Shown here piece by piece: positions 53,877 through 64,000 of a stretch of DNA of 64,000 nt (position 1 is the stretch's first letter; each line of letters opens with the position of its first letter). The notes under the pieces are model-generated. The model was given only the letters and a program-made list of their open reading frames with translations. It did no database searches and was not told where the DNA came from. The stretch is taken from the NCBI GenBank assembly GCA_040285825.1, contig JAUPSS010000002.1, positions 1,116,001 through 1,180,000 of the forward strand. Reading direction: 5' to 3'. The stretch comes from Eukaryota sp. TZLM1-RC (Eukaryota > Protista > Metamonada: BaSk clade). Made by a program: the position numbers and the translations under genes.

Positions 53877-56198
53877 ATGCTGCCTCCCCTCCCCTCTTCA
53901 TTGTACTTGTGTAGTAATTCTAATGACCCTTTTCTATGGTTTTTTTCTTCCCTGTGGGTTAATTCAGACGAACATCTCGAATTAACTATACCTGATACCG
54001 TTATTTTACAACACGGTAGTCCCACTCTCTGGTTATTTACTGCTAGAGATCAGAAAATACGAAGACATTTGTCTAACAAGGTCTCTCTTCCTGCCATCCG
54101 TGATTCTTTCCTTACATCTTCTCAAAAGCTTTTCCCTTCATCATCTCCATCTTCACCTTTCGTCCGGTTTTTCACATCTGATAAGCCCACTACTTTGACC
54201 AAAGCTGAATTTAGAGCTAGAATCCTCAACCAAGATCCACACAATCCCTTACCAATAAGGTGTTGCTTTCAATTAAATGTTCTTGATTTCACATTTAGTT
54301 CATATTCCTTTTCTATAACCTACTCTTTGGCAGTGTCCGAAGAAGACCGTTTTCAATCGGAAGTCAACCAATCAATAAATAATCACCCTCAAATTGTTGA
54401 CGTCATTTCTCCCTACTTTAAAACCGCAATCACATCATCAAAGAAACTGATTGATTGGCTGCAGACGGTCAATCAGTGCGAAATCAAGTTTATTAAGTTT
54501 TTGTTCTGTCTAACCCAATGTAAGACTCTATATTTACTCTATCCAAGTGATGTTGTTTTGAACAAGGGCTCTTTTTCACCAGTTGAGATTCCAGGGTCAC
54601 CATTAATTAAACCTAAATTGGGGGATGTACAGACTGAATTGAAGACAAGGGAAAAAAAAGTGACGTGTAAGTTGGGATTGTGCTGTCAGTCTGATTTGAT
54701 TGATTCTGAGCTTTTCAACAGTTTTCAAACCAATTCAGAGCAACAGACGTCATCTTTTGAGCGTTTTCTTGTTGAATCTGCTAGAATGTATTATAGAAAA
54801 ACAGACCCTTATTTAATTAATGCTCGACTCTCCAGAATTCCTGCCACTATTTACAGAGATCTATTGAGAGTTTGTTCTCATTGTGGTGTTTTGGTACGAG
54901 TTTATGACTCAAAATTTAGAAAAGAGATTAGTTTGTCGAAACTTGAAAATTTGAATTCTGATAGGAAAATGTCGACAGTGTCTCCCAAGCTATCACAAGA
55001 TTCTAATCTTTTGACTTCGACAATTTCTGCCGATAAAAGAAAGTCATTGACTCTTTCCAGAATTGATGAATTAAGAAACGTTTCAGTTTCCGTTCTGGAG
55101 AAAAGAGCTCCCGGTGGTCAGACTGAAAATTTTGACAGCTTGACAACATGTCTTGAGTTGGAGAATTTTTCATTGAAATTTCCTCTTTTTTCAACAATTC
55201 CGACTTTTCATTGGAATAAATTTTTTAATCAAATAACCATCAATTCCTCCACTGTTAATTTCAGCATTTTCAAAGCTCAACCTCCCAAATTCAGAATTGT
55301 GTTCTTTACATCTTTGTTTTACGATATTCCAACGACCAACTCTTTCTTCCATAACCTCTCTATCGTCAGTCCTGTTGAAGTTGTTGCCATTGGTCTTCCC
55401 GGTCACGTGGGAACGGATTTTCCGTCTATTGACTTGGATAATTCTTTTTTGGCTGATGTTGGAATTGAAGCACTTCAAGAACTTATTAAACAAAACATTG
55501 TTGAAGATTTCCTTTTCAAAAAAGATCTTCCATTATTAATCATGTATGGGGGTGAAGCATGCCCCTTGGCTCTCTCCATTGCCACACTACTTTCACAAAG
55601 AGGGTTAGCTTTGAATTTGGTTGGCTTCATTGGAATCTCGCCCTTGATTCCCAATAATGTTTTACTTGAAAAACTTCAAAGTGCCTTGTTTGCTAATGTG
55701 GATTCTCATTTAAATTCTTCATTCACCCTTGATTTCTTCTCAAATGATTACTTGGCCAGGTCGCGAAGCACACACTTGGTGGCTGAGTATTTCAACTCGT
55801 TACCTTTTTCCCCTTGTCATTACCACTCACAGCTCTCAGGTCTCCAGAAGTCTGTTGACTCTTCCTTTAGTAATGTCATTAACAAGGTTAAGGAGATGAG
55901 GCTCTTACGATTACTACCAACATTGATAATTCAAGGTCAGTCCGGTCTATTTCAACCCTGTATTAATTCAACTGTGTCCCTTCTAACACAACTCGCAGGA
56001 GGTTCTAGCTTTGTTTGCAGTGATCCAGCTAACCTTTTTGTTGTGCGCTTAGACAAATTTATCTCTAGAGTCTGTCTTGAAAACCTTGATTCAGGAATGT
56101 TTCTTTTGGAGGAGTCTAGTACAGAGGTAGTGTCTTTGGTGACTGCTTTTGCTTTTAATGTGCTTAAGTATTTGTCAAGGAAGAGCAGTACTGTCTAG
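53877..56198 (+). CDS. Hypothetical protein with degenerate C-terminal alpha/beta-hydrolase-like fold
   Basis: Long intact ORF, open from 53763; the start at 53877 is inferred from composition. Contains VVAIGLPGHVGT, IMYGGEACPLALSIA in place of GxSxG, and LPTLIIQG. Confidence 0.7.
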   Translation: MLPPLPSSLYLCSNSNDPFLWFFSSLWVNSDEHLELTIPDTVILQHGSPTLWLFTARDQKIRRHLSNKVSLPAIRDSFLTSSQKLFPSSSPSSPFVRFFTSDKPTTLTKAEFRARILNQDPHNPLPIRCCFQLNVLDFTFSSYSFSITYSLAVSEEDRFQSEVNQSINNHPQIVDVISPYFKTAITSSKKLIDWLQTVNQCEIKFIKFLFCLTQCKTLYLLYPSDVVLNKGSFSPVEIPGSPLIKPKLGDVQTELKTREKKVTCKLGLCCQSDLIDSELFNSFQTNSEQQTSSFERFLVESARMYYRKTDPYLINARLSRIPATIYRDLLRVCSHCGVLVRVYDSKFRKEISLSKLENLNSDRKMSTVSPKLSQDSNLLTSTISADKRKSLTLSRIDELRNVSVSVLEKRAPGGQTENFDSLTTCLELENFSLKFPLFSTIPTFHWNKFFNQITINSSTVNFSIFKAQPPKFRIVFFTSLFYDIPTTNSFFHNLSIVSPVEVVAIGLPGHVGTDFPSIDLDNSFLADVGIEALQELIKQNIVEDFLFKKDLPLLIMYGGEACPLALSIATLLSQRGLALNLVGFIGISPLIPNNVLLEKLQSALFANVDSHLNSSFTLDFFSNDYLARSRSTHLVAEYFNSLPFSPCHYHSQLSGLQKSVDSSFSNVINKVKEMRLLRLLPTLIIQGQSGLFQPCINSTVSLLTQLAGGSSFVCSDPANLFVVRLDKFISRVCLENLDSGMFLLEESSTEVVSLVTAFAFNVLKYLSRKSSTV

Positions 56199-57936
56199 AA
56201 TTGTTGAATTTAATTTGTATATTAGAATATATATATGATTATTTAAATCTTCATTCTTTCTTTAATGTTTGTTTTCATATTTTTTTAGAAATAATGATAA
56301 ATGAGATTCAATTTTGTTGGTGCCCCTGGGCTTATTTAATTTGAGTAGAAAGTAAATCATCTTTGTCTCAACTTCACGACTTAAGGCAACAATAACTATT
56401 GGCCTTTTTTAAGTCTAAGTATACCTCCATATAACTACAGCATCCTAACAGCACATAAATATTTTGTCTTGGTAAGAGCTGTCATGCATCTCTGGAAGAG
56501 ATACTCTTGACATTTTAACTTAAAAATGACATTTTAAAAATGACATTTTACTTTACAGAGACTTTAGTGAGAGCAGCATTCAACACAGTTCTATAGCTAA
56601 ATGTAAAGATTCATCCTTCAAACAAGGGTTGATAAAAGGAAACACTAAGTGTATTGGATAAGTGATGCTAAACTATTGAAAAACATATATAGGTGAAATG
56701 AACCACTCTACCAAATACCAAAATGTAACAACCTTGTACAAATTGAAACAATGAAGCAGAAAGTTGAAAGATTCAAGCGGTGTCCTCAGTAGCCTCAACT
56801 TCTGGCAAGAGATAACTATAGAGAGTTTCCAGTAAAGCCATGTTTCTGTCACCTATGTCGTTTACTTCATCTTCACAGAACAATCGAATAGACTCAGCAA
56901 CATCTTCATGGGATATGGAACCCTGAGAAAGAATCGTCTCCATGTTGAATGTAAGGACAAGCTGAAATGCCATTTTTTTCAATTCTTCGTCAATGGCTTT
57001 TCATGTTGATCTTTCTTTCCATCTCCATTCGCATCACCACCGCCACTACCCCCACCACCCCCACTACCATTTTTGTTTGTTTCTCTACCAGCTTGTCTCA
57101 ATTCTTTTCTTATGTTTGTACTTTTAGATAGGTGCTTTCCTTTCCTTTTCAAATTTTGATTCTTTACACCCAATCACTAATCACTATAATGTAGTCATGA
57201 ACACGTGTCGAGGTTTGTCAAACTTTTCCTTAATTTTCCGGATTAGCTTCATGTTAAGACCTTTTTGTTGGCCCTTGTTTGTTTCTTTTAATATTAAATT
57301 CATTGTATTTGGTTCAATAAGTGCCAAGTTTTCTTAACATATCTTTTGCATTAATATACTCAAACTTCATCTAAATTGGTTGATTTTGATTGTTTCCTCA
57401 TTTGAGAATCGGAAAAATTTTTGTATAACCGTTGCAGAAGTATTCATCTTACCGCTTCTTTGTCTTTTTCCATTGTTTCAGAAACCCAAGTGAAAAATTT
57501 TGTTCACCTTGAGTAAAGGAGTCAAAAAGGAGTGAATATTATCAATATCTTCTTTTTTGCGTTTTTCTTTGGTTTGTTTCCTCATCCTCATTGTTACTTC
57601 ACCTTTATCAATTAGAATTTTTGGACAGCAATCATCTTTGTTTAATCACTTTGAAACAGCTTGAATCAAATCATTCTTATTTGGATCTGCAGCCAGTAAT
57701 AAATCAGAATCTGATGATGCTAATTTTTCCATTGAGATGTCACTTTAATCAACATCCCTAGATTTTTTTGTTTTGTGATTATTTTGTACCAAACAGGTCT
57801 CTTCTTTTGAATTGAATTGAGATCAAATGTCCATTGGTTACAATCATATTGCCACACACAAAAAAGGAACTTCATTGGGAAGGATATTCTACGGGATAGT
57901 GCAGGTTTTTTCTTCAACATTATTCAAACAAAATTC

Positions 57937-58893
57937 TAAGGCTGTCCAAAGTTCGGTTCGGTTTGGTTCGGTTCGGTTCACGGTCCTCAATCTTGTGGAA
58001 CCTGAACTGGTTCGGTTTACGTAATTCACGAACCTGAACCTGAACCAGTCCGAACCGATTGAAACAATTGGTATATCATTTATTTTGAGAAACTCATCAA
58101 AAACTCGAAACACATTAAAACTAAAGGGTGGATGAGCACCATAGTCCACATTTTTTGGCTGGTTCAGTAAAATGATCTTCTTCATCTGATTGTTCAACAT
58201 TTGAAGTCACCAGCAGCTCTTCATTTTTTAACATTTTTTCAAAAGATTCGACATGGTGTTGGTTAGTTGGTGTATTCGGCAGTTTTTCTTTCCGAATTCG
58301 TGGATCTAATAAACCACTGACTACCATATCTTCATCTGCTATGAACTGCCAGTATCTTTGCATCGTTGCGAACATGAGACTGGCTTTTGTTAGGATCCAA
58401 TCCGAGGTCAAATCATTTTCTATGTGTTCAATTATATTGTCTTTCAGTTTAGACATATAGAACAGTGCAATCCCTTCTGAACAATATTTGAAACCAGAGA
58501 GTTTTGTAGTGACCTTATAAAAAGGATCTAAGAAACGGATGACTTCAATTAATACATTTCTCTCAATTAAAGATAATTGAAGTGTACGGAACGTTGGATC
58601 CCTCGATGTTTCTATTGTTACATCAATCACATTTAAATATTGTAGATATTTAATAGATATTTAATATTTGTAAACATCTTACAACAAGACTTCATGCAAG
58701 TGTTCTACCCATACAATAAGTTCTCATGGTATTATGGTTTATAATATACATCTTTATTTTAAGTTGAAATCCAAAAATATAGCAAATGCTATATGTTCTG
58801 GTTCGGTTCACGAAATCCTGAACCAGAACCGTTCAGGAGAATCGGTCCAGACCGGTTTGGACTTTTGAGCGAACCGAACTTTGGACAGCCTTA
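57937..58893 (-). mobile_element. Non-autonomous hAT DNA transposon (957 bp)
   Basis: 24-bp TIR taaggctgtccaaagttcggttcg / cgaaccgaactttggacagcctta, 8-bp TSD caaaattc (57929-57936 and 58894-58901), subterminal ggttc/gaacc repeats, and an internal transposase piece FLDPFYKVTTKLSG...LLDPRIR. Confidence 0.95.
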
Positions 58894-59724
58894 CAAAATT
58901 CCTTACATGGTTTTTATAGATTTTATGTTGTGATTTAATTCAAGTTTGATAAAATTTGTTGATTTTTGTTGGAGAGGGAATCTTAAACTGCCATTTAGAA
59001 ATTTTGCTGAATCCCATAGCAATTTAGCAATTTCACTAGTTTTTGACATTTTGCCTGATAGTTGAATGACTGTATTAATGTTACTAGCCATACATTTCAT
59101 TTGAGTCAACATTTCCAACCATGATTTTGTACGCAAACGAATAGATCTGGGTATAATTGAACTAGCTTTTGGCAAAACTTGATAGGTCTATAATGGAGAT
59201 TTTAGTGATTCACCTCTAGAATTCAAGCAAATATTGCTCACCAAGTAACCCAGAAAATCGGTATGACTGAAAAAGGTCATTGGCGATTGGTACAGTTTCT
59301 CAATGACACTTTGTGTTCCCATAAATTTAGGTAAAATTTTGGTACAACAAAATATGAAAAGACTATGTGACGGAGAGATTGCTTTCAGTCACCCAGGATT
59401 CTTGCACAAATTGTTGCAGAGTCGATTTCACATTGAGGCATCATTTTTTAACTTTTAAAATCTGCAAAATAAGAAAAGCTGTTCGAGTTTTGGTAATCTT
59501 GGCTAGTCATAATTTCTCTTTTTCATGTTTTAAATTTAATTTACCAAGTCCCGATTTTTTAGAATGATTAAATTGAAAGTGTAGAGTATGTGATCGACAA
59601 AATGTTATTCATTCTTCATAATTTACTCGTTTTTTGCTTCAATTTCCAAGCGTGTTGCTTTTAAGGCTGCAAAGTCTTTGGCGCCTTCCAAATTTGGAAT
59701 TAAAACTAATCATGGCACTTGACC

Positions 59725-60876
59725 CAACATAATGTTCGACTAGGCTCGTGCAAAGATGATAATCCCGTTTTCGCAAATTTTCTGTTAGATGCCCAAAACA
59801 GTTGCTCTTCGTGTTTAATCCCTCAAATTTATGGTCTTCTTTCAAATAATACCACATTTTCTTCTAGAATACGCCATCTCTGTTCTATTTGGCCTGATAA
59901 GGTTCCCAATAATTTGATTTGCGAATGTGTATCAAAAATTTCTCCAAATCATCTATTTAATTGTAAACACTTTATTACTTTCCGATCAAAAGTTCATGAT
60001 GCAGTTACTGATCAACTCTATTGTATGTCAAAGTCACACAGAATTGTTTCCTATTTAGAACCATTACTCTCGTTTGGTTGATGAAGATACTTTGAATTCA
60101 TTTGGTCGAAATAGAGGTGATTTAAAACATGAAGGTCTTGAAGGGACGACCATCATTACTGATGTGAGATCAACTGATGTGTGTAATAATTCTTTTATAC
60201 CGTTAGCTCAGTCAAGACACAAGAATCCGCTGCATGTTGCCGAAAACACTAAAATTGATAAATATAAAGCAAAGTTGCTATCCTTGAATGCTGAACCGCA
60301 TACTGTTTATTTCCTTTGTCCATGTCCTTTTTCCCAACATAGGTCCCTTGTTTTTATTGCTTTATCTTTCTTGGATGATTTTGTTCAAATTGTGAAACAA
60401 CGTACAGCAGATATGTTGCACAAAACGTTTTGGCAAAACAGAATTGTATTTTCAATTTTCAAAGGAGTTGTCCCTTATTATCTGCTGCTTTGTTATCTCT
60501 GACAAGAGGGGATTTGGTTATTCCTGGCTTAAATGGAAGCTTCGCAATTAGATACCGTGTCTATTGACCCTTGTAATCCTTCGAAAAATATTTAATTAAT
60601 TCTGATGTCAATAGCCCTCTTTTTGCTTGGAAAAAAACAAAAATGCTAAATACGCAAAATCTACTCCTTCTGTCAATACAAATTCACTTGTTCAATTTAA
60701 TCTATGCCCGATTGTTCTTCTCTGCTCGGTTCCTGAGGTGATGCTGCTTTGACATTCCTTGAGAATTTCAGTGTAGCTGTAAAGGAAAGTACTGAAAAAA
60801 TAGCATGTATGTGTACTGCTGAAATAGGATTGAGATTTCAAGTTGTAAGGGAATGTTGAATTGATTTCTGGTTCAC
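59725..60876 (+). mobile_element. CRE-like family C fragment followed by a family D-like fragment
   Basis: ICECVSKISPNHLFNCKHFITFRSKVHD, NRGDLKHEGLEG and FWQNRIVFSIFKG; from ~60505, RGDLVIPGLNGS. Confidence 0.8.
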
Positions 60877-60955
60877 TGTTGCCTAAAGTCTATTGTAGTA
60901 AAGAAAAGTCTGATTTATTTTCCATTCATATTATATAAGCCTTAAGGCGCCAACA
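60877..60955 (-). repeat. Putative 79-bp 3' LTR
   Basis: Begins TGTTG directly after the PPT and ends CAACA where the interrupted CRE fragment resumes; contains TATATAA and AATAAA. Confidence 0.65.
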
Positions 60956-63900
60956 CTGCTTCTTCCCTTTTTCAAAATAAATCAGCTTATATGAATATGA
61001 AATAAAAACTATATACAAATAACGAAATAACTATAATAAATACATATAATCGATATAATATAAATAATCGACATAAACTAAGAATTAGCTCCTCTTCCTA
61101 ATTCTATTGCTGCGTCTAGGCTTCTTAGAAGGCGTAGACTCATTGGAGGTACCTTGTCGTCGACTAATGGTACGTTTTCCAATTTTCTTGTTATCCTTAC
61201 AAAATAACTTATAAGCTTCTGAGTGTCTAACCGAATGGAGTGGCTCTTCTGTTGTCTCACCGCCAAACCATTGAACAGTACAGAAACTACCTGAATCAGA
61301 GTGGTATTCTGAAAGGATTTTCTCTATAACGTGTTTTTCGGAATCGCCTGCAGCGACTGCCTTGAGGAACTCAATGTCCTGTGGATTTTCTGCGTTATAG
61401 GTTTTGCAATCTTTCTTGGCAGCTTTTAATTCCGTGCCAGTAGTAAGATTCTTCTATAATAAAGTGGATTTGGAAGGAAGGTCAACAACTAAAAATGGTC
61501 CATTCCAAGATCCATGCAATTTATTATTTTGCTTGGTTTTACGTAAGACGTAGTCACCAATATTAAATGCTAAAAAACACGAATTAGTATTATCTACTGC
61601 AGACGGAGTATTTAATGTTTGGTGACGCTCTGCTTTTTCCCTTTTTTCTTGTAGACGAGTGTTTTTCATTTTGATGTCATCTAATAAGGGGATATTAGTT
61701 TCAAATTTGGATAAATTTCCTCATATATTAGCAGGGTCTGTTCTTGGGCTAATCGAAGAACCGAAGATGAGTTCGTATGGGCTAAAACCAGTTTTTCTGC
61801 TTTTAGTAGAATTTATTAATAGTTGGGATATAGGTACGTATGTAGACCAATTTCCGTAATCGTTGAAATCTATTAATAGTTTCCTTAAGCATTGAAGAAC
61901 GTCTCTATGTTTACGTTCTACAAGTCCATTACTTTCTGAATAGTGGGGAATTGAGTTACCTAATCTGTTACACACTATTTTAAAAGTCTCGTTGGCGAAC
62001 TCAGGTCCATTATCGCTATGAATTAACATAGGTATGCCAAAGCTAGCGCAAACATTCCAAATTAAAGCATCTGCGGTTTCTAAGGCATTGAGTTCTTTTA
62101 GAGGGACTAAAATTGTATATCCAGTAAAAGAGTCTACAAATACTAAAAGATATTTATTTCCTTCGTTGTCGGAATTTAGGGGTCCAATTGTATCGACGTT
62201 TAATCTGGCAAAAGGACGATCTGCCCATAAAGATCCTGTGGAAGGTGTTTTTGATCTTTTAACTGGAGCCGTTTTTTGACAAGTTGGGCATCTTTTGACA
62301 TGATTAATGAGGTCCTTTCTCATATTGGGCCAGTAGAAATCGCTTTTGGATAGTTTGTGTAAACTATCGTTTTTACTAGGGTGACCAGATTGAACCAAAC
62401 CATGTATTAATAGTAGTGCCTGTTTTCTGAGGCTCTTTGGAATCAAAATTTTGTTTTTATTATTTTTCCAAATTTGAGTATTTTTATCTAGAATTGCATT
62501 TTCAAATAACGAGTCGTTGTTGTTTTTGGCTATTTGTTGTTCGGATCTTATCCTAGAGAACCAAGAAGAAAAAATAGGTAGGTCTTGGTGTCTACTTAGA
62601 GATGAGATTGATGGGATGTCTTCAAGGTCCGAATCAGAATCATCGTCTAGTGGAGGTATCTCGTAATTTGAAAGTAAAGTATCTGGTATATTTATGCTAC
62701 AAATAGAAGGAGTTTCCTCGTTTTGATCCAAATCAATATTCCTCGATAACATATCTGCCCAATGGTTGTCTTCACCAGGTTCGTGGACTATGTCAAAGTC
62801 GAATTCAGATAGTATCGGCAGCCATCTCTTTACAATTCTATTTTTCTCTGGGGCTGTAGCCAGGAATGCAATGTTTTTATGATCTGTGAAAATTGTTAAA
62901 TGTCTAGTTAACAAGTAGCTTTCTAAACAACTTTCAGTTAAAATCAAAAGTATTGCATATAATTCTTTTTGTAATGTGGACCATTTTCTTTGTGTTTCTG
63001 TAAGTAATCTACTGTAGAATGACAAAGGTTTTACTTTCCTTTTATTTAGCGGGGTTCCTGCAGGGGAGTAGGGCTCAATTTCTTGCCAAATAACACCTCC
63101 TACTGCTACATCTGAAGCGTCAGTACTTATTAATACTCGCTTGCCCGGAGCTGGTAATTCAAGGGGCATGTGGTTTACTATTAAGTCTTTTATTTGTTTT
63201 AAGTAATCGTCATGCTTGCTAGTCCATTTAGTTGTTCTGGGTTTTTCTTTAATTAGCTCGTTAATTGGAGCAATTAATTCAGAAATACATGGAAGCCAAT
63301 CTCTAATATAATTGATGGATCCTACCAATGAGCGAACTTCTTTCACTGTTTTTGGTCTAGGGATTCTCATCAAGGCTTCGATTTTTTTCTTACTAATAAA
63401 TCTAGTTTTATCCTGGAAGGTACTTCCTAAAATGTCGATAGGGTGTTTTGATGTTACGAATTTACATTTACGTAAGCCTATATTTACACGTCTATTTCTG
63501 GCGCATTGGAGGACTCTTTGTAATCTCTTATAAAATTCTTCGAATGTCGTTCCAACTATTATGATATCGTCAATGTATATAAAAACGCCGTCTATTTGGA
63601 AAATTTCCATCATTACGTTTTGAAAAACTGCTGGGATGTTCTTTAATCCGAAGCAAGCTCTTTTAAACATGATTGACCTTTCAGGAATTGAGATTGATGT
63701 TTTCTCAATATCCTTATCAGCTACATTCATCTGCCAGAAAGCTTTTGGTAAATCGAGCGTGGCGATGTAATTTGCTCTACTCAAAAATTCTAAAATATCA
63801 CTAATCCTAGGTAGATTAGGCTCTACTGAAATTGTATGGGCATTAACTCCATCTTTACCACTAAAGTCTCCAGTTAACCTGGGTTTCTTGCCGTCAGGAT

Positions 63901-64000
63901 ATATAACTAAGACAATAGGAGAGCTGAATTTATAATTAGATTCAACTGCGTAACCCATTTCGATCAGTTCATCAAATATTTTGTTTGCTATTTCCATTTT
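60877..64000 (-). mobile_element. Ty3/Gypsy LTR retrotransposon (RT-RNaseH-integrase-chromodomain-like, PPT, 3' LTR); 5' part outside the window
   Basis: LDLPKAFWQ, FGLKNIPAVFQ, YIDDII, RNase H TDASDVAVGG and TDHKNI, integrase H-H-C-C plus DTIGP/SDNGPEF/NGLVER. The frame continues past two in-frame stops (61721, 61454) through W-N-G-P-F and VIEKILSE..CTVQWFGGETTEEPL to 61085. PPT aaaaagggaagaagcag. Confidence 0.95.

Noticed and set aside
56773-57173. Two short minus-strand ORFs with a Gly-rich tract
   Set aside because: Fragmentary, with non-ATG or doubtful starts and no recognisable domain.
57951-58060. ggttc/gaacc short repeats as a satellite or CRISPR
   Set aside because: They are subterminal repeats of the hAT element.
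61454-61723. Stop-codon reassignment suggested by in-frame stops
   Set aside because: Host genes are uninterrupted and end in TAA, TAG and TGA; in-frame stops occur only in TE or pseudogene sequence.

Overview
AT-rich, intron-poor eukaryotic DNA with the standard genetic code, most likely from a flagellated protist (centriole/cilium genes CEP104, CSPP1-like, a KIF6/9-like kinesin and an axonemal dynein fragment). About 14 host genes are present, almost all single-exon: a transmembrane kinesin, an XPA-C-like protein, VAC14, CEP104, CSPP1-like, CCT7, an RRM protein, a coiled-coil protein, TRPC4AP, SCAPER, a kelch protein, CTF18, RNase H2A and a pseudo-hydrolase. They are separated by dense transposon debris: many 3'-end fragments of CRE-like non-LTR retrotransposons with a restriction-like endonuclease, a non-autonomous hAT element with TIRs and an 8-bp TSD, an IS630/Tc1 remnant, a Ty3/Gypsy element with an apparently 79-bp LTR, and five degenerate Fanzor1 (eukaryotic TnpB-like) loci from three families. 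The main finding is that all five Fanzor remnants lie co-oriented upstream of a host gene. Two copies of one family share a right end that stops exactly at the ATG of two unrelated genes (VAC14 and a kelch gene). This suggests a start-codon-targeting RNA-guided transposon whose guide is the first codons of a host gene and whose end may act as that gene's promoter/5'UTR. Other notable items are a kinesin-TM-H-type-lectin fusion and a probable 31-nt AT-AG intron. All family assignments come from motif recognition by eye, with no database searches.
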